From: Trichoplax sp. H2
Taxonomy: Eukaryota
Assembly: GCA_003344405.1 (NCBI GenBank)
Contig: NOWV01000237.1
Location: forward strand, 1-64,000
DNA length: 64,000 nt
Direction of reading: 5' to 3'
Shown: positions 38,658-51,200 of the stretch, piece after piece
Layout: every line of letters starts with the position of its first letter
Position numbering within the stretch: the first letter of the stretch is position 1
The notes under the pieces: generated by a model
Told to the model about the DNA's origin: nothing
The model's input: only the letters and a program-made list of their open reading frames with translations
Database searches by the model: none
Translations under genes and position numbers: made by a program

Positions 38658-39567
38658 ATATTAAAGTATTGATTATAGCAATATAATGGTCTTTCTTTCG
38701 CATATCTTGTTATGCTGTATATCGGATCGAACGAAAGCTTTCTAATTCATAATAGGTTATACAATGTAAAATACCGTATGTTTTTATATAAAAAGGTAGC
38801 AATCGTATTTATCTGCATACTACTATAAATAAAAAATTTACTATCCGATTTTTGTGTTTATCCGCAAACTCTGAAAGCTGATTAGTGGAAACTGTCAGGT
38901 GTATATATAATATACAGTTTATACGGACGGAGAGTATATTATTGCAGGCGTTAGTTTCAGCGAAGGATTTTGGAATTGTGGACGCTCGCTGGGAAGCGAA
39001 CGGGTTCAACTAGTCATATATTAAAGACTACTAGTCTATTGTAAGTGCAGAATCAGCGTGGTTATCGTTCCGAGAAGATAGCAGTAAAATATACTTTAGT
39101 AATGTCAATATAAAAATTTCTTGTATTATTGAATTCTTTTTAATCATTATGTAATGATATCTCCCAGGTTTAGTGTGAGTTTCTGTGGAACTAGTGAAAA
39201 CCCACTAACAATGTTCGTGTATGGAGACTTGTTATCGTATGTTACGCGATATGTTCAGAGTTCTCATGCCGTCTTCAAAAGTTGTAGGAATTTCTAAGTT
39301 TTATCATGTCACTAATTAACATTAACCAAAACGTTTTAAAATCTTGTAGAGTATTAATAAAGTAAGAAAATCTTCAAATAATTTGCAGCGATGCAGAGTG
39401 AATGCTTTTCAAGAGATTTTAATCAAATTTTAGCGCATCTAGCTTCTAGCTAATTGATAATCATAATTGATAGATATACTGGACATACTCGTACATACAT
39501 AATTACAGCCTCAATAGGACTAGCTTTGACATTGGCTTTACTATGATTCTGTATTCAGTTTAAAATA

Positions 39568-42500
39568 CTAAAGTTTAGATTTCGTATCGCTATCGAAAGG
39601 TCGTACATGAGGATAGAGCGGCAGGCAGCTTTTGAACTCGCTTGGATTTTTAATGAGGATATGCTGAAATATTCAATACATGAAGTTTGTCAATGAGAAT
39701 AATGTATCTTAACGATATTAAATAATAAAGATATTAGTTACACCTAAATTGTAAAAAATGCAAACTATATTTGATCAAATTCCATATTAATTCATGACTT
39801 CCAAATCCTAACATGTACGCAGCCACGGAATAATGACAAAAATATTTCATTCAAATACTTACATTTTCATTTGAGTTACTATCTGTTGCATCTTCTGATA
39901 ATGTATTCGTAGCTGTGTTATCAATTATTATAATTGGAAATTAAGATATATTGCATAAAGAAAAATGAACATATGCCGATTTACCTGCAACTTTCCTAGA
40001 CACGACTCTAACGCTCAATTTCTTACGCTTAGGAGCGTCTTTTTCAATCAAATCCTTTTAAATGTTGAACAATAAATAAGATAAATGCAAACGATTCTAT
40101 ATCTATCTATAAGTGTTGAATTTACTGACAATGAACCATAGGATAACTGAATTTATCGATTTTACCATGTAAAATTGGAGCAGTTCAGTTTTATTGACGG
40201 TCTTCAAGTAATTAATCTCGATATTGTCTGAAAGTATTGAAACAAATCGCAATATTATCTTTAGTAGAGCAAATAAAAATGTGAACGATACACAGTATAA
40301 AGGCTTATGTTTAGCAAAGTGGAACCTCGATCAAAGTTATATTGTCTGCTAACTATCTCCGAAAAATATCGGTGGCATTCCTCATTCAATTTTTTAGGTT
40401 TTTCAGATTTTCTAATAATTAAAGCATTCAGGTGCTTTCGAAAATTCTCTTCTGTTAATAATTCCAAGTGTTCCTAATGTAATTACAGTATACGTAATGA
40501 TAATGTGACAATTGGTAACGATTTTAGCCTCATACATAGCATGAAGATAGCGTCTACCTTCATTGATACCATGAACGCCTCGATCCTTGATTCAACAAAT
40601 GCGGGATTATGATCAGATTGCACAAGAACCCTTAATCCCTGTAATACAGTACACATATTTTATTTACAAAAAGGAACGCGTCATTGGTAATTTAAATTAT
40701 CATCGAAGCATTATAAAATATTTACTTGTGCGCCATGCGCTCTTCTCACTCCGCTAAATACGATATATCCTATTTAGCAAAACATAATTGTTCAAATGAA
40801 GGCGATACTATTATTAATAATAACGTAGAAAACATCTTAAGACATACCTAATTGTTCTTTTGTTCGCAGGATGTCAAAGCAAGGTTCGTTTATCACTTGA
40901 CAAAATAATTCGATGAGAGAATTGGTGGTAGTGCTTTGTAATCCGTACTAAACATGGTCGTATGGAATAATGCTGTTAATATCCTTGTAAATTTTTACTT
41001 TATTTTTTTATCATTATCTGGTAAAGTGTGATCGTTTTACCTGGTAGTAGACTTCGATACATGATGATGGATGTACATCATTGACTACCTCGAATAAATA
41101 GCTGCAACCTGTGAAATAATATAATACAGAAATCATAAGCCCTTATTCTATGCGAATACTTCAAGAAAATTTTACAAGTATAGTAGAAAGGTAATAATGA
41201 AGTTTATGTACCATCTTGAAGCTGAATTTGTCTATGTTTCATACGTTGGGATGGTAGTAATGCTTTAGTTCCCGCACAATCACGAAAGACTGAACATACT
41301 AAAGTACTAATTTCAATCGCTTCCTGCCAAATTTACAAAGGGGATTTCTTTAAATTTGACGATATAATAATAATGACTATGAAGAAACGCGCTAAGTAAG
41401 TACTTTATTAATACCTCCTGTGTTAAATTTCCCATCAATAATGCTTCAATATAAAGTCTTGAAAGAAATAAAGGTATAAAGGCTTGTACTTGTTCACAAG
41501 ATATATCTAAGGTAAATACAGTATTTGGTAAATAGCTTTATTATGAGAACAATTACTGTCAATCGTAAAAGTATCTTACCATCTAATGCATCTGACAGGT
41601 CGTCATTTGTCCAAAAGGTGTCTTCCAGTAAATAATTGACATAATAAGCGGCGTGCATATACGGTTTCTCCGCTTTAAAATTAAGCAGTTGTCGTTTGTA
41701 CTAGTTGAGAAAGTGATCGCCAGTTGAGTAGCGAGTATCGCTTACGTGATCTTATGAAATTTTAAATTTACAGGCATAAAATTTTTTCACATATTTTGAA
41801 AAATGTTTACCTCATTTTTGATAATAAGGAAACGTTTTGGATCAATCTTGAATTGGGCAACTTCATTCAATATTTTTGAAAGTAATACTTTTTGTTTATC
41901 GTTATATCCTCTTATAATTAACTGAGGAGGAGAGAAATATCTTAAATATCCGTGTGATCTTCGTCAATAATGATGCCTTGATAATTTCTAATATTTACCT
42001 GAATACCATAAAATGTTGCATGTAAAATATAGCTAATTCCAGCAATTTCAGCATCATATGCAAACTCGTTTAAGGAATCCATTACCAGAGTTACAAATAA
42101 TCTTGTCATGTTAAAATGAGCTGGATCTACGTAGGTAAAAGGGCTAACATATGTACGTAGATAATAAACAAATATTATACTCAGGTTTTTCGAACGAACT
42201 TAAGTTATTCATATGCCGTAATTGCACTGTATAAATACAAAGCTAATGTATAGTAACCTTGTAATGTCGAAGCAAAAGCAAGCTTTTGGAAGGAAGAAAG
42301 AATTGTCTTGTTTAAACCATGTCTTCGAAAGAGAATCCTCCTAAATGTACGAGTAATTGCTCGCATGTGAGTATATTACTTATTTAAGTCCAAGAAATGT
42401 AATAAAATACCAACATAACGAAGATTAAAAGCATGTTCAATTAGCTCACATACCTTGATGATAGTGGGGTATTGGGTTGGCTAAAACAAACAAGTGTAAA

Positions 42501-45500
42501 TTAGATTGGATCAGCTATTTAATTAAAAGATCTAATAGCTTACTTTATCGCTAGATTTCTTAATATCAAAGTCGGTAGGAATAAATTCATTACGCCTTGG
42601 CAAATTTAAGCCGTCAGTTTCTCCAACTTCAGCCCAGCTCTAAATTTAATCATCGAAAATGTTATTTGTAAGTTTCGCTGATAGACTTGACTTGTACATG
42701 CTATTCATATACCGTAGCATATAATTTTTGCTTTATTTCATGAACTGTACATCATATATAAATCGTATGCTATAATAATATTCATTAGCATGAATATTAT
42801 TTATAAGAGTAAACTGGTAATTCTTTCACCTGGATTAAATCGAGTGGTATTTTTTCCTCTTTGTATCGGGTTCCGTACCACTCTTCTGTCTTATCTGCTA
42901 TATCTTCGAATTTTGGGGAAATCACAAAAAGCCTATATATCAGATATTTAAGCATAAATATGATACTTTGGTTATGAATGTAAAAAATCACCATCTTAAT
43001 GAAGAACATATTATAATATCGAAGTCTCTTTACCTAAACGACTCTGGACGTAAATGGTCTAACACTTCTTTTATTATGTCAGGAGAATATGATTGCATAA
43101 GAAACTGAGCACATAATACTTCTTCTAAAGGATATTTCTATAAACGTTAAATTATTATTTAGTTATTAATAGTAAAATTTGATATGCCTTAAGAAAATTT
43201 TAAGAAACATTTCATCAAATAATTTATCATTCATTGGCTGTCTTTACTTGCAAAGACGAGGCTAAATAAACTGCGTAGCCCTGAGGACGTTCCCTATCCT
43301 TAAAGCGAAAATTCATTTCTCCAAGATTCTGTATCGAATTAATGTAAAAATGATATTACTTAGAATTATTTTATTGTAAAGAAGGCACCAAAGTGCGTGT
43401 TAATGAAAGTTATTAGTTATTCGTAGAAAACTTTACTTGGCATTCTGTAAATATCCATTCTTGTGGACCAGAATTTCTTAATAACGTCAAATACTGGAAT
43501 ATGTAGGAGATTATTTCGTTCAAATGATCTAGTAATCAAGAAATAATCAATCAATAATTTCTTTTCAGTTAGAAGCAGTTTTGCTGTTGTACAAGATCTT
43601 ACTAAATCCCTCCTCTGTAAGTTTGCAGCTTATCATAAAGAACATGAATCCTTTTGCTCCATGTTTGGCTCCTGCTTGTAACGTATTAATCCAGCCTATT
43701 TATTGCAACAATAATGCTTAAAACATTTTTGCTGCAAAATATGCTTATATAATTGTGCTAAGATAGATTCGTTAGAATTATAAGTTTTGCTTGCTAATTG
43801 ATAATTATAGTTAGTAAGATTAATTAATTAACCTTTAGATTTGAGCAAAGATAATAAGCTGCCAGAACCTTCATGACCAACTAAATGAGCAATGTAGTGG
43901 CAAGGCTATAATAGGAGCAAGATAATTAATTATGGAAAGTAATTAAAACCTCATTTACCATTTTTAAATCTTATAATCCTTAACGCATTATACTCAATCA
44001 TTCCCATAAGCACGATAATTTAGTCGTCCATTTTACAGTATTACCTTTGATGTATAATGTTCAGACATATCCGGTAAGGGGAACAGAAGCTCTATAATAG
44101 GTGTATCTTTAATCGGCACAACACAAAACTTCGTCTAAAAATTTTCGAGAATGAATCTTATTTAAATCTATTTAATTAGGACAGCATTCAGAGTAGTAAG
44201 AATTTTAGCCTTTGTACAATTTAATTTAGTTTAAACCTGTAATTCATCAGCACCGTACGGATGATCGTTAAATTCCGGTTTTAAGATATTTTTATCGACA
44301 ATTGAACTAAAACATTCGATTGCTATTTTTGATAAATCATCTAAAGATTCTAAAAGTTAAATAAAAGATATCATAATAGATTTATCTTTCAATAATTATT
44401 TACTTGTACGTAATTTTGCGTAATATGAGAAATAAGGTTCAAATTTCAGTTTAACATCTAATTAAGATACCTTTACTAACAATAGCCAAAGTCATTAAAT
44501 TAGCGGAATAGTATTGAGAGTGAAATTTCAACAGCTCTTCCCTGACGTCAATCTTCTTTTCAAGTGCTCGTGTGCCAAGGGTATATAAATTGCCTATGCA
44601 ACGTTAAATAGGTAAAATAACTGAATAAATACTACGAATTGATGTTATTTTTCTCGATATAAGAACTAAAGGCAAAGGACGTCAGTTGATGACATCCGCA
44701 AGCAATACATATCGAAAGAAATTGCAATAAGATAATATATAGACGTACTACAGTATTTATTGCCGTTACTGATCAAATGGGTTGAGTTACTTGCATACGC
44801 TTAAGTATATAATACACCTGTTCTCATTACATATCGAAAGAAATTGCAATAAGATAATATATAGACGTACTACAGTATCTATTGCCGTTACTGATCAAAT
44901 GGGTTGAGGTACTTGCATACGCTTAAGTATATAACGCACCTGTTCCAAATTTTGAGAAAGGATGAGATGGCTTGCATGTAGATTTATCTAGCTGAGATAA
45001 GCGCCATAAATCGCTCTTTTTATTATTGTCATTTTCTGCAATTATATATAATTAATTGATTAATAAGGAATTCTTTATAGTCAACTGAATCATTATAGTT
45101 ACAGTATATAGTGGTATGCGTCAACGAAAACCGTAGCATTTTCGTTCACTTTCGTAAAGCATCCAAGATAGGCGAATTAATACGTTGTACCTGAATTGAT
45201 CGCTTTGACTTCTCGATCTTTTGAGTCAGCATTGAATAATGGAGCGATAAAGAATTGTGAAAATCTATATACATGAAAAATTTTTTATAACAAATTTTAG
45301 CCTAAATAAAACAAGTATAGACATATGCACTCTTTGATTGCGGTATAACCTATCCAATGCTTCCTGTAAATATTGTGTCGCAACTTCAAAGTAGTAGTTA
45401 GTATGCTCGGCTGAAGTGAAAGCATTGGATGAGCCACTGTGCTCGCTTAAAAACTATGAAGAGAAATTAAGTCATTATGAATAAATATGAACTGAACACG

Positions 45501-47066
45501 TCTACCTTTATGAAGGGAAAATGTTTAGTCGTATGAGAATAATACCTGTGAGAAACCGTTTTCCAATGGATACTAGGCATTGTATTGGAAATTATAAATG
45601 GTAGTATTAGTGATTATATTCGAAAATTATACGATCAATGTTTATTATTGCCAATGACGTTGACTATAATCCGATTGCAGTCAGATTGTGCAATACTGTA
45701 CGCATAGCATGACTAAAAGTAGTTTGGTAATGGGGCAAGCAACGGTAAATCAATCTTGGTGGTATAGCAGTGTACCAGATAAATAGTGACAGTACAGTAT
45801 AGCAATTTTCATAGGAGACGTAATGTCGTGTCGATATTTTTGTTCAATAAATACGTAGTTTGTAGCTTAATAGACCACCATGCAGACGAAGATTGTTCAT
45901 TTAGATTAGCTAGTCTTATTGATAAAGATAACACATTACATGTAGTACAGTATAAAGAAAGCAAATGGTACGGAAGTGAATGTTGCCAATTCTTAGGGCA
46001 ATTTTAGTATTATGTCGATTGGTATCCACCCATGGATTCTATTAAACATCACAACATTGTAAAATATTACCTTTTCTGTACCGAGGAAAAGCATATGCTC
46101 GCAAAAGTGGGCTAATCCAGGTAGTTCTGGAGGATCCATTAAATGACCTGCATATCAAAGAAGATTTCAGTATACTGTACACTGTACAGTACGGTATGGA
46201 CTGGTATTTCCATACTCTACTTTAATATGATTAACGACAAGAAAAATATACTTTCCAATTACATATCGTCTAATTAAGGATACGATGCTGTTCATCGTTT
46301 TGGTGCGAGCGTGTCTGTGTGCATGTAATATAGACTCTACAATCTACATTTGTATTTCTACACCTAAATTGGAAATATATTTGGAGCATTGAAAGTAGAT
46401 CACATTCATCAAACCATCATTACACCCATGATACCATTGGTTGACAACAAGTACGAGTACAGTACTGTATATTGGTCATGCAAGTAGCATTGACAATCAT
46501 TGTCCAAGTTAATTAAAGTAATGATGTACATGATGTATAGTGTTCATTCTGAAGCGAAAGAATACAGTATTATATTTTTTTTTGTTTTTTTTTTAGGATG
46601 GATTGAAGAGCAGTTTTTAAAGAATAACAGGGAAGATTTGGTAGTCGTCTACAGCTAATTTTATCCTCGATGTCTTTCAATGATGATCGAGATTGAAGAC
46701 TACAGTCTCCATCAACCATTGAAGTTTACGTCAACTACTGTTCAGATCTATGTGCTCTCCACTCATTTTATTCAGCTATCAGGGTCGAAAGGATGGAATA
46801 TATATATGTCAATTCAATCAGAAAACTGACCAGACTGTGATACTAGCATGACTGTATGAAAATAAAAATAAAAATTTTTTAAAATTCAATATCCAACCTA
46901 TGTGAACATCCAACGATGCAGCTGCCTTGTCAGCTTTATCATCTTGTACTAAGATGACCTTGATATGATTGCTTAATTGCAAGCTACGGTATAATCGTTT
47001 ATCCTCCGCAGAACGAATGATATTATCACTGGCTCGAAGTACTCGAGGATCAATCACCTTTTCCAT
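39568..47066 (-). CDS. IDE: Insulin-degrading enzyme (insulysin, peptidase M16A), multi-exon
   Basis: Exon 1 [35 protein letters not shown]. Exon ~46071-46148 [25 protein letters not shown] carries the inverted zinc motif HFCEH. Later motifs: [62 protein letters not shown]. Ends ..LPLYP..TKSKL*. Confidence 0.97.
44706..44945. repeat. Recent 122-bp tandem duplication at the 5' end of an IDE intron
   Basis: TACATATCGAAAGAAATTGCAATAAG...GCTTAAGTATATAA..CACCTGTTC at ~44706-44823 and ~44828-44945, differing at only a few bases. Confidence 0.95.
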
Positions 47067-47164
47067 GGTTAATTTTTGGCCCTTTTTGCTCTGTAATGAT
47101 GTGAAAATTTCAAAGGCAATCAAATTTCAAAGGCAATCTCGCTAAATGCTTTGCTAAATTATGA

Positions 47165-48240
47165 ATTCAATAGACAACTGTGTTGAACTGATGAAGTGAT
47201 CGTGTTCCCCTGGAGTACGTGTGTATGTGTAGCTCGTTCCAATCCATCAATTCAACACACAACTGTGTTGAGCTGATGTATTGAATGTGTTCCACTGGAG
47301 TACGTGTGTATATGTAGCTCGTTCCCATCCATCAATTCAACACACATCTGTGTTGAGCTGATGTATTGAACGTGTTCCACTGGAGTACGTGTGTATGCGT
47401 AGTTCGTTGCCATCCATCAACACACAACTGTGTTGAGCTGATGTATTGAACGTGTTCCACTGGAGTACGTGTGTATGTGTAGTTCGTTGCCATCCATCAA
47501 CATACAACTGTGTTGAGCTGATGTACTGTGCAGTACAGTATTGAACGTGTTCCACTGGTGTACGTGTGTATGTGTAGCTCGTTCCCATCTATCAATTCAA
47601 CACACAACTGTGTTGAGCTGATGTATTGAACGTGTGCATGTGTGGTTCGTTCCCATGAATTATACTGCATGTAGGTAATCCAATGAATTCAACAGACAAC
47701 TGTATTGAGTTGAGTTATTGAACGTGTCCCACCGGAGTACGTTGGCATACGGTCGTTCCCATGAATTAATTATACTGTACAAGTGTACATACAGTATGTA
47801 GGTAATCAATGAATTCAACAGACAACTGTATCGAGTTGAGGTATTGAACGTGTTCCACCGGAGTACGTTGGCATGTGTGGTTCGTTCTCATGAATTAATT
47901 ATACTGTACACTATACAGTATGTAGATGAATTCAACAGACAACTGTATTGAGTTGATGTATTGAACGTGTTCCACTAGAGTTCGTGTCAATGTGTGGTTC
48001 GTTCCCATTAATTAATTATAATTATTATATAGGGGATTAATTATATATACGTAATCAATGAATTCAACAGACAACTGTATTGAGCTGATGTATTGATCGT
48101 GTTCCACTAGAGCACGTGTGTATGTGTCGCTCGTTGCCATCCATCAATTCAACACACAACTGTGTTGAGTTGATGGATTGAACGTGTTCCACTAGAGTAC
48201 GTGTGTATGAGTGGTTCGTTCCCCATTCATTATACTGTAA
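47165..48240. repeat. Minisatellite, ~80-130-bp units, ~11 copies, directly upstream of IDE
   Basis: Core TCAACACACAACTGTGTTGAGCTGATGTATTGAACGTGTTCCACTGGAGTACGTGTGTATGTGTAGCTCGTTCCCAT starts near 47165, 47249, 47334, 47417, 47497, 47594, 47686, 47812, 47929, 48061 and 48146. Confidence 0.96.
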
Positions 48241-51200
48241 GTAATTATTCTCAAGCGCTGAACTACTAACAAAGCCCCTGGCCAGGAAAAGCTTTTGTTT
48301 GAGTTTGGAGACTAGTTTCAGTATGACTACAGTATAGTAGACGGCCAGGGAAATCCTCTACCAAGGTGAACTACACCGCAATTTGCAGCTTACAAGTGTC
48401 ATAGTAGACCGGAATTCTATACGATACCCTATAATATGTAGTAATGTACTGGATACACGATAGCGACTATTCTCAGCGATCACTCAATCAACGATAGTCC
48501 AAATTTTCCACATGTCCTTTCAACGATTATTACGACGGATAATTTTGAAAATTTGCCATTAGATAGTACACATTTTCGACATGTCTGTAGCAATTCTCCA
48601 TATGCAATACATGAAGAATTATATAGCACTCGCATACCATTTCTCTTGCTTCGGTATAACGTTTATATTCGGTTATTATTGTTAAAGTTTGCCATTCACA
48701 AAAAATGGGAAAAATGGAGTACCGTAAAAATAAAAATAATAAAAACAATGTACAACATTGGATCCATGTACAGTATGTAGATTTCTAAATAGTTGAAAAA
48801 ATTTCTTCCTCTGCAGTAGATGAATTCGCCCTCTTACAGCGCTCATGCAGTATTAAATTGGCTAGTAGCGTATTAAAGGAGGAAATTAGCTTATATCAAA
48901 AATCAATTAAAGCATTGAATTTTGCAGTATCTCAATAAACTTGCAGAGACTTTATGTAATTGTTGCAAAAACTCTTCGTGACTACAGGTGATACATTAGC
49001 AATCAACGACTTTGTTCAGTATTGACTCTTCAATTTTGCTTGAATTGACTTTGTTGCTAGAATTATCGCTACGTATAAATTGAGCGCCTAGGTATTAAAG
49101 TGTAAAATAGCCTGGTCTTCATATTTATTTGCATATTCAACTCAAATGATAGCCAAACCACTCAAATTAGTGATAAGTTGAGCATGAAAGCATCAAAAAT
49201 GTGGCTTCGATAATTATAGGATAATGGATCTACTAGTCAAGCTGAAGCTGTAATGTAATATAGTAGTTTATAATTCTTATGCTTTTTCTACTCAGGAAGT
49301 GAATAGTTTTTAACGCATCAAAGTGTAGACTTTAATTTATTGTTAAACATTTTATGTACCATTAATTCTGCATGATATTCATGTCATGTTGCTTGCCAGT
49401 GCTATAAAACGCATTGTAGGTAGATGATAGCTTCAAACGTAAGATTCTTATTTTACGCCAACATCGACTTGAAGAAGGAAGGTATCACTCTTCATAATTC
49501 ATATAGGCATATTTCGATTCTTGTATTCAGATGCTTTCATAAAGTTAATTAAATTACACAGCAGGTGCCAAGAGTTGAAAGGAATTACAGGTCTATATCC
49601 CCATTTTTATTATTATATAATTATAATTATGTTAATCACCTCAGTGGGATTGCCTAAACTACTGTAAATTTCCCTTAAATGCAACGGGAATTTCGGTTTG
49701 TGCAAATTTAAAATTTGACTGTAGATACATTAATAGTATCTATCGTGAATTTGCTACGTAAATTTACCCTATGTGCGTTTCATTCTCATCGTTGCTTGGC
49801 AGTAATTTCTATCGACGTTCGCAATTGGATTTTATACAAAATTGTTATTGTTTATTAAGTTTACCGACTTTAAAGATGCAGGGTATATTACAGTATGCGT
49901 ACATCGCGGATGCAGATCTTGCATTCTATGCTTTCTCCATAGCAAGTAGCTTTTATCAATGGCTCGGTTAAATCCGTCTTAAACGTCGTGTACTGAAATT
50001 GAACAGAATTCTGTATTAAGGGATGGATGCTGTATTTTGTAATAAATAAAATAAGCAAAGCTTTCAGCATGCACAGCTTTGTAAATTATTGCTGAACAAA
50101 TAATAACTTTCCAATGATCAACAATATACTGTACTTATAGAGTAAACCATGTCTAGAGAGTGTTATGCATGCAAGAATACAGTAGCCTGTTGTACTGCAC
50201 CTAATGTGTTTGTCATAAGAGAAAGTAATGAATTACTAAGATAAGGATATAATACGTTATTACGGTTATACTATTTAAATGCAGTAAATCCTAAATAAAT
50301 AGAGATTTTTAGTAAGTTTACTAGGCGGAGTGCATCAAAGTCCCTCGTGCCAACGTTAAAGACTAAGAGTAGAAACATAACGGAGAGTAGATGCAGGCAA
50401 ATATCTACAGCATAAGAATGCGTCATAATCGCTTAATATCGCTAGGTAGATATCTTTACTCAGCCACTGCTATAAAAATAAGACCTTGTTTTTTTTATAG
50501 TCTATGAAATTACTAAATACAACAGCACTTCCGCAAGCGGAGGAATTATGTAAAGAGACTGATTAAAATGAAGTATACTGTATATTGTAAACTAGTGTAC
50601 AATATAGCGAATACATTGACATTTAAATTTGATATGCGTGCCAACGATTTATCATTGAAAGCGAATAATAACTGTAAGTCTCAATCGTGGTGAGCCAGGA
50701 TTGAGACAACTACATCTAACGGCATACTAAGAGTTAGTACTAGCCTCATATATACAGTACTGTAAGCCTTATCCTGATTACAGTTCTACAAAATCATTCT
50801 TTGCGACTCTTTCTGACTAACTATCAGCATGATTGCCCTCCTAATCATGCTCCTTCCTTTATCCTTAACCTATCTCAATAATCGTCTGTAATTGGTTATC
50901 ATGGTCAGTAACAAGATAAGATAGTTAACGTACAGTATACTGTATGCTGTTACAATAATTACTTAATGCTAATTTTTGAACTTTAAAATTGTGCATTTTG
51001 CTCTTCAGTTACAGTTTACGACTATAGATTAATTATCGGATGTAATTTATGCAGTGGCTACAGATATGCAGCAATCGTAAAATTGATGCCGGTATAATCA
51101 TGAACTCAAGATGTTATCAAGCATCTTTCATCCGAGTATTCTCATTGACGCCTATCTACGTACCACTTAAGGAAGGCTACTGATACGAAGTTTGAGAGTG

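Noticed and set aside
47165..48240. Palindromic repeat with variable linkers resembling CRISPR; ORF 47337-47588
   Set aside because: Linkers are related low-complexity sequence and the repeats are too long and degenerate. The ORF is a translation of the repeat.
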